Shown piece by piece: positions 59,905-64,000 of a stretch of DNA of 64,000 nucleotides (positions are counted from its first letter, which is position 1; the number at the start of each line of letters is the position of its first letter). Position numbers and translations under genes: made by a program. The notes under the pieces were generated by a model. The model was not told where the DNA came from, did not search any database, and saw only the letters and a program-made list of their open reading frames with translations. Source of the stretch: a virus (Duplodnaviria > Caudoviricetes); the IMG/VR virus record IMGVR_UViG_3300033062_002302; one strand, given 5' to 3'.

Positions 59905-60231
59905 CTACAAAAATAACAACAATCGCTCTATTGTTTTATTAATTTGTTCATTTGAAAGGAGGTAGATGTCCTCTAAACTATTTGTTTCTAGAATTAGAGA
60001 CTCACGTAGGTATTTTTTTATAAATATACTAGCTTTGTTTTGAGATACTTCAATTATAAACTTATCTGTTTGAACTTCATAACTTTCCCATGAAAGTTTC
60101 ATTCTTATCCAAGATCCACTACCTTTATAACGAGTGCAAAAATCATAATCACAATATGATTGATTTAATACGAATGACCATTTAAAAATATTATGGCACC
60201 GTGGGCAATGTGTAATTTGTTTAAAAATCAT
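59905..60231 (-). CDS. CPRC zinc-ribbon family small protein (ends LFL)
   Basis: CPRC..C...C. Confidence 0.75.
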   Translation of the reverse strand: MIFKQITHCPRCHNIFKWSFVLNQSYCDYDFCTRYKGSGSWIRMKLSWESYEVQTDKFIIEVSQNKASIFIKKYLRESLILETNSLEDIYLLSNEQINKTIERLLLFL

Positions 60232-60563
60232 TGAAAGATAAGAAGCTGCTCAACATAGCTATTGATTTCTTCATCCTCAAGAAAAGGAAGTTCTGTAATA
60301 TCAATATTTTTTAATGCAGACTGAATGCTATATCCCCTATTTGTAATGTAAGTTTCTTCAAAATGATATTCAATTCTATATTTCGAAGAAAATAGAACAA
60401 AAACCCAATCACTATCATAGTTGTAGTTTTTATTTATATAAAGAAAATTTTCTGGACTATTATCAATCCAATAATAAACAAAGCAATTATTACATGTTAA
60501 AGACCGGTAAGTCATCTCTTCACGCATTGGAGCATGACATCTTGGACAATCAATTTTTATCAT
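60228..60563 (-). CDS. CPRC zinc-ribbon family small protein (ends IFQ)
   Basis: CPRC..CxxC. Confidence 0.75.
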   Translation of the reverse strand: MIKIDCPRCHAPMREEMTYRSLTCNNCFVYYWIDNSPENFLYINKNYNYDSDWVFVLFSSKYRIEYHFEETYITNRGYSIQSALKNIDITELPFLEDEEINSYVEQLLIFQ

Positions 60564-60874
60564 TATGAAAATATCACTAATGCATCTATATAATCATAAA
60601 TATGATCGTGAGTCATTAAGCTTAAATTAGGATGCTCAATTCCTTCAAGCGCAATAATTTCTAGATAATCATTAAACAATATTATCTTACCAAGACAATC
60701 AATTCTAATTGAATATTTAGAAGTGGTTATTTCGTAACTTTTGTCTGAAGTATTTATTACAAGCCAATTTCTGTATCTTATTGTCGGGCAATAAAGGCAC
60801 CATCTAAATCCATAACCTTCATGTATTTGATTTAAACAACGAGGGCATTTAGTTAAACTAACTATCTCAAGCAT
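60563..60874 (-). CDS. CPRC zinc-ribbon family small protein (ends IFS)
   Basis: CPRC..CxxC. Confidence 0.75.
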   Translation of the reverse strand: MLEIVSLTKCPRCLNQIHEGYGFRWCLYCPTIRYRNWLVINTSDKSYEITTSKYSIRIDCLGKIILFNDYLEIIALEGIEHPNLSLMTHDHIYDYIDALVIFS

Positions 60875-60875
60875 A

Positions 60876-61100
60876 TTAGCCTTGTTTTATTCTTCTAACA
60901 ATTCTTCCTTGAGTAGTATCATACTCTGACACTTCAATCGTAACTATATCTCCAACTAAAATTCTAATGGCGTTCTGTCTAATTTTACCACTCAGAGTAC
61001 ATAAGACGCTATAGTTTTCTGCAACGTAAACTTTAAATTTACCTTTTGCTTCATCTAAGACTTGACCTTCAAACTCTAGTCGCGTTCTCTTTTCATTCAT
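60876..61100 (-). CDS. infA: translation initiation factor IF-1
   Basis: EG.V.., LSGKIR...IRIL.GD.V..E.S.YD...GRI. Confidence 0.92.
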   Translation of the reverse strand: MNEKRTRLEFEGQVLDEAKGKFKVYVAENYSVLCTLSGKIRQNAIRILVGDIVTIEVSEYDTTQGRIVRRIKQG

Positions 61101-61109
61101 AATACTAAT

Positions 61110-61763
61110 TTAAACTCCTAATTTTAAAATATCAAATGTTGGTTCAGAGATGTCTCGAATCAATCGAACCATCTCCGGGCAGGCAGGCATGGAAGATAAG
61201 AATCCCCTGCTTCTTTTGCAAGGGTACGGTTTGTTTTTTAATTTTACTTCAACAAATCTCTTCAAATCCAAATTTTGGAAAATTAGTTTCAGGAAGTTCA
61301 AACCGAGATATGTTGTCGGAATCTTTGTCCATTGCCCAAATAAAAGACAATAGCTCCTAAAGAAACCGTCTAGACCCAAGAAAGTCATAATAGTATGATC
61401 TTCTAATAAGTCTTCATCTTTACCAAAGATGAAGAAGGCGAATTTGCTAATTTTAGCTATTTTATAAATAGGAAGATTTTCATAAATATCTGTTTTAACT
61501 AACAAAGATTTATCTAAGTTAATATTATTATTGCTAATACTAACTTTCTTTTTAATTATTTCTAATGTATTTCCGTTTTCATCAACCCATTTGCTATGAA
61601 ATTTAATTTTCTTATTATATTCCTTATAGATAATATCATAAGGTTTCATTCGACAAGAACGAATGATAAAATCAATAGACGGATCTTCTAAGTAAGCCGA
61701 TGTTAAAGCAATACTTTTATCGAAGGTAAGGTAGAATTTATCAACTGATTTGGTTTGATTCAT
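61110..61763 (-). CDS. hypothetical protein
   Basis: 217-aa ORF, ATGA-coupled. Confidence 0.55.
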   Translation of the reverse strand: MNQTKSVDKFYLTFDKSIALTSAYLEDPSIDFIIRSCRMKPYDIIYKEYNKKIKFHSKWVDENGNTLEIIKKKVSISNNNINLDKSLLVKTDIYENLPIYKIAKISKFAFFIFGKDEDLLEDHTIMTFLGLDGFFRSYCLLFGQWTKIPTTYLGLNFLKLIFQNLDLKRFVEVKLKNKPYPCKRSRGFLSSMPACPEMVRLIRDISEPTFDILKLGV

Positions 61764-62428
61764 TCTGGGATATTATTAGGATCATCAAAGTCAATTAAAT
61801 TTTCATCTAACTTCTTGAAGTCATGAGGAAAAGTCTTAATGTGAGGAAGATAATTAACGCCAAGTTCTAATAGTTTCATCCAGAGAAGATAGGTATTTCT
61901 ACTATCTGTCTTGGCTTCGTGCTTGGCTCCAAACTTCTTGATTTCAAGCATGTCAAGGCAAGCATGAAGCTGAGTGCTAACTTTGCCCGTTGCCGTCTTC
62001 GTAATCTTTAAATTAGATTCTCCAACTTTCTTAACGTATTCCTTGGTTAAGGAAACGGTATCAAGCCAAAGAGAAGCTGGAAACTCTAAATCGCATTTTT
62101 GCCATAAAGCATGCATGAATCTTCGGTCAAACGAAGCGTTGTGAGCAATGATACATCGCCCATTGGGATTCTTGCCATCTTCTGATATGAATTGTTCAAT
62201 GGTTTTGACGGCGTCTTCTTTAGAATCACCTTTAACAATATCAGCAAGGGTTTTATTAGTAATCTTTAAGCTATCAAAATTTGAGCGTTCAGGATATTCA
62301 CATTTAATGAATTTATGCAGCTGTACTCGGTCTTTACAGCGAATGATGCCGACTTCAAGACATTCATGGAATTTAGAGTCAAGACCATTTGTTTCAGTAT
62401 CTGCAATATAGAATTCTAAACCGCTCAC
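61760..62428 (-). CDS. DEDDh 3'-5' exonuclease (DnaQ-like)
   Basis: DTETNG, HNASFD, WLDT and HEAKTD motifs; GTG start with GAGG SD. Confidence 0.88.
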   Translation of the reverse strand: MSGLEFYIADTETNGLDSKFHECLEVGIIRCKDRVQLHKFIKCEYPERSNFDSLKITNKTLADIVKGDSKEDAVKTIEQFISEDGKNPNGRCIIAHNASFDRRFMHALWQKCDLEFPASLWLDTVSLTKEYVKKVGESNLKITKTATGKVSTQLHACLDMLEIKKFGAKHEAKTDSRNTYLLWMKLLELGVNYLPHIKTFPHDFKKLDENLIDFDDPNNIPE

Positions 62429-62476
62429 TTAGTTTCCTCATATAATGGAGGATATATTAAAATAATATATTTATTT

Positions 62477-62821
62477 TTATCTTTTTTCAATTTCTTCCTT
62501 TGATGTTAAGATTTTATCGTTGACTTGAATGCAAATTCCGTAAATAGAAGGTGCTTTAATCCAACCATTGACATAATTTTTATTGTTTGAGATTTGAATC
62601 CTTGGATCTTCTTTATCTTCTATAGCGGAAATGAGATGAAGATATTGTTTTCCTTTAACTTTACAAAGAACAATATCTCCAACTTTAAATGAGGTTGGAG
62701 AAGAAATGACGGTAACTCGGTCTCCAGACTCAATCTTTCCTTGCATTGAATTGCCGGAAGGATTAAAGGAAACTTCGCCTTTTTCTTTTAGAACGTTAAT
62801 GAAAATATCTGCCCATCCCAT
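62477..62821 (-). CDS. S24/S26 peptidase-fold protein
   Basis: GNSM, GD.V, GDIV and YLHLI motifs. Confidence 0.7.
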   Translation of the reverse strand: MGWADIFINVLKEKGEVSFNPSGNSMQGKIESGDRVTVISSPTSFKVGDIVLCKVKGKQYLHLISAIEDKEDPRIQISNNKNYVNGWIKAPSIYGICIQVNDKILTSKEEIEKR

Positions 62822-62832
62822 TTATAATTAAT

Positions 62833-63093
62833 TCACCAAAACATTATTAATTTAATTTTCTCTTCAAATTCTTCTTGAGAGTTGCATTCAATGTATTTGC
62901 CGTGAAAATACCAAGCTTTATATCCATTAACATAATCAACAGCGGGACCGTCTAGCCTATGAAGCAGATCATTTTGCCACCAAGATCTGTCTCCATTAGA
63001 GTCTTCAATGGCAGGACCTCCTTCTCTATGAATCAGACCATTTAAATAATGTTTTTTAGAGCCATAACCATCTATTATTAGACCATTTCTCAT
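62833..63093 (-). CDS. HRxDGPA-repeat protein (2 repeats)
   Basis: Repeats present; ATG 5 nt after the upstream stop. Confidence 0.8.
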   Translation of the reverse strand: MRNGLIIDGYGSKKHYLNGLIHREGGPAIEDSNGDRSWWQNDLLHRLDGPAVDYVNGYKAWYFHGKYIECNSQEEFEEKIKLIMFW

Positions 63094-63098
63094 ATTAA

Positions 63099-63608
63099 TT
63101 ACCAAAACATTGCTAATTTAGGATTAATTATAGCTAAGAATTCTTCTTGAGAAGAACATTTTATGTATTTGCCATGAAAAAACCAATCTTTACTTCCATC
63201 CGCCCATTCAATGGCTGGACCATCTAATCTATGAAGCTTTCCATGTTGATACCACCATTTAGTTCCGGAATCACATTCAGCAGCCGGTCCATCTAATCTA
63301 TGAAATTTGCCATGTTGGTACCACTCTTTAGTTCCATCAGAGCGTTCAATGGCAGGACCATCTAACCTATGAAATTTACCATTTTGAAACCATTCTTTAT
63401 CTCCATTGGCATATTCAATAGCAGGTCCGTTTTGCCTATGAAGTTTCCCATGACGATAATACTCTTTATAGTATAGAAAGGCATTTTCATTAAAATCATC
63501 TATGATGATGATTGCTGGACCATTATTTCTATGTAATCTTCCATTAAAATAATAACGCTTGTCTCCACAAGAATCAATTTTCAATCCGTGTCTTGTGCTT
63601 CGTTTCAT
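63099..63608 (-). CDS. HRxDGPA-repeat protein (5 repeats)
   Basis: Five repeats; ends INPKLAMFW. Confidence 0.8.
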   Translation of the reverse strand: MKRSTRHGLKIDSCGDKRYYFNGRLHRNNGPAIIIIDDFNENAFLYYKEYYRHGKLHRQNGPAIEYANGDKEWFQNGKFHRLDGPAIERSDGTKEWYQHGKFHRLDGPAAECDSGTKWWYQHGKLHRLDGPAIEWADGSKDWFFHGKYIKCSSQEEFLAIINPKLAMFW

Positions 63609-63841
63609 TGTAGTAAATTTTTTATAAATCTAATTAAAGAAGTTCCTGCCTCATAAACTGTAATCTTCTTATCTTTTCTTCCAATTAATTTATGGGAAAC
63701 GGTATTAGGCTGCTTACCTTTCATAAGGTCAACAGCCTGTTCCGCCGATTCTGCCAAAATTTTATAAGTCAATGTCGCAGGCAACATAGTTGTTACCTTG
63801 ACATCATAATATTTAAGAACCGGTATTTCTTTTTTATTCAT
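63605..63841 (-). CDS. hypothetical protein
   Basis: Start moved to ATG 63841 (MNKKEIP), overlapping the upstream gene. Confidence 0.55.
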   Translation of the reverse strand: MNKKEIPVLKYYDVKVTTMLPATLTYKILAESAEQAVDLMKGKQPNTVSHKLIGRKDKKITVYEAGTSLIRFIKNLLQ

Positions 63842-64000
63842 CTCGGCTCTTGCATAAAGAGTCCAGCAAGACCCTCTCAACCTCATCCATTTGGAACTTC
63901 AGTTTCGAAAACTCTTCCATCTTCTTTTGCTCTTCCTCTGATAAGACAGAATTCATATCCTTAGCAAATGCCGCTAAAGGAAGAGTCCAGTCCTTAAATT
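63834..64000 (-). CDS. 3' end of a truncated hypothetical gene
   Basis: Open frame ..FKDWTLPLAAF..KSRDE* running in from the window edge. Confidence 0.5.
   Translation of the reverse strand, partial: FKDWTLPLAAFAKDMNSVLSEEEQKKMEEFSKLKFQMDEVERVLLDSLCKSRDE

Noticed and set aside
38591-63608. HRxDGPA arrays as DGR targets or CRISPR-like repeats
   Set aside because: No reverse transcriptase or template repeat is in the window; differences are not adenine-specific; the repeats are coding and degenerate
586-63964. Short antisense or alternate-frame ORFs in the track (e.g. 586, 3016, 8147, 26148, 37825, 51822, 54474, 61136, 63692)
   Set aside because: They lie within well-supported genes, lack motifs and are best explained as shadow ORFs
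1-64000. Alternative genetic code (stop-codon reassignment)
   Set aside because: Long genes are intact in code 11, and TAA, TAG and TGA all terminate paralogues at the same position
1-64000. tRNA, rRNA, CRISPR array, or eukaryotic giant-virus origin
   Set aside because: Intergenic gaps are short with no cloverleaf or repeat-spacer pattern seen; SD sites, sigma factor, DnaB/DnaC and contractile baseplate genes indicate a bacteriophage

Overview
The window is a gene-dense, AT-rich 64 kb segment of a large (jumbo/huge) contractile-tailed dsDNA bacteriophage genome, read in standard genetic code 11. The host cannot be determined from the sequence. Layout on the + strand (1-51.5 kb): baseplate/tail module (gp25-like, baseplate J, a 2375-aa gpI/gp7-like wedge with LamG domains, a 1252-aa protein with a split dockerin); a glycosyltransferase + dTDP-glucose 4,6-dehydratase cluster; FtsZ/tubulin homologue; SF2 helicase, DnaC and DnaB; a sigma-70 factor; NrdB/NrdA; PIN-PhoH; MetAP; fibre-like proteins; an M23 peptidase. 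From 51.5 kb the genes are mostly on the - strand: folA, thyA, IMPDH/GMP reductase, IF-1, an exonuclease and arrays of small paralogues. Four LAGLIDADG inteins sit in catalytic motifs; one is a Pro-start class 3 intein. Two patterns are not explained by ordinary annotation. (1) The tripeptide D-G-Y occurs 22 times in predicted virion proteins, at turns of unrelated folds and with synonymous codon variation, immediately upstream of the glycosylation cluster. It is a candidate virion modification (Tyr O-glycosylation) sequon. (2) Twenty-three small proteins from three unrelated families share a C-terminal helix ending x-Phe-x-stop. This is a candidate common docking or addressing tag on variable binding domains. 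No tRNA, rRNA or CRISPR array was recognised. All functional calls come from motif recognition by eye, not from database searches.
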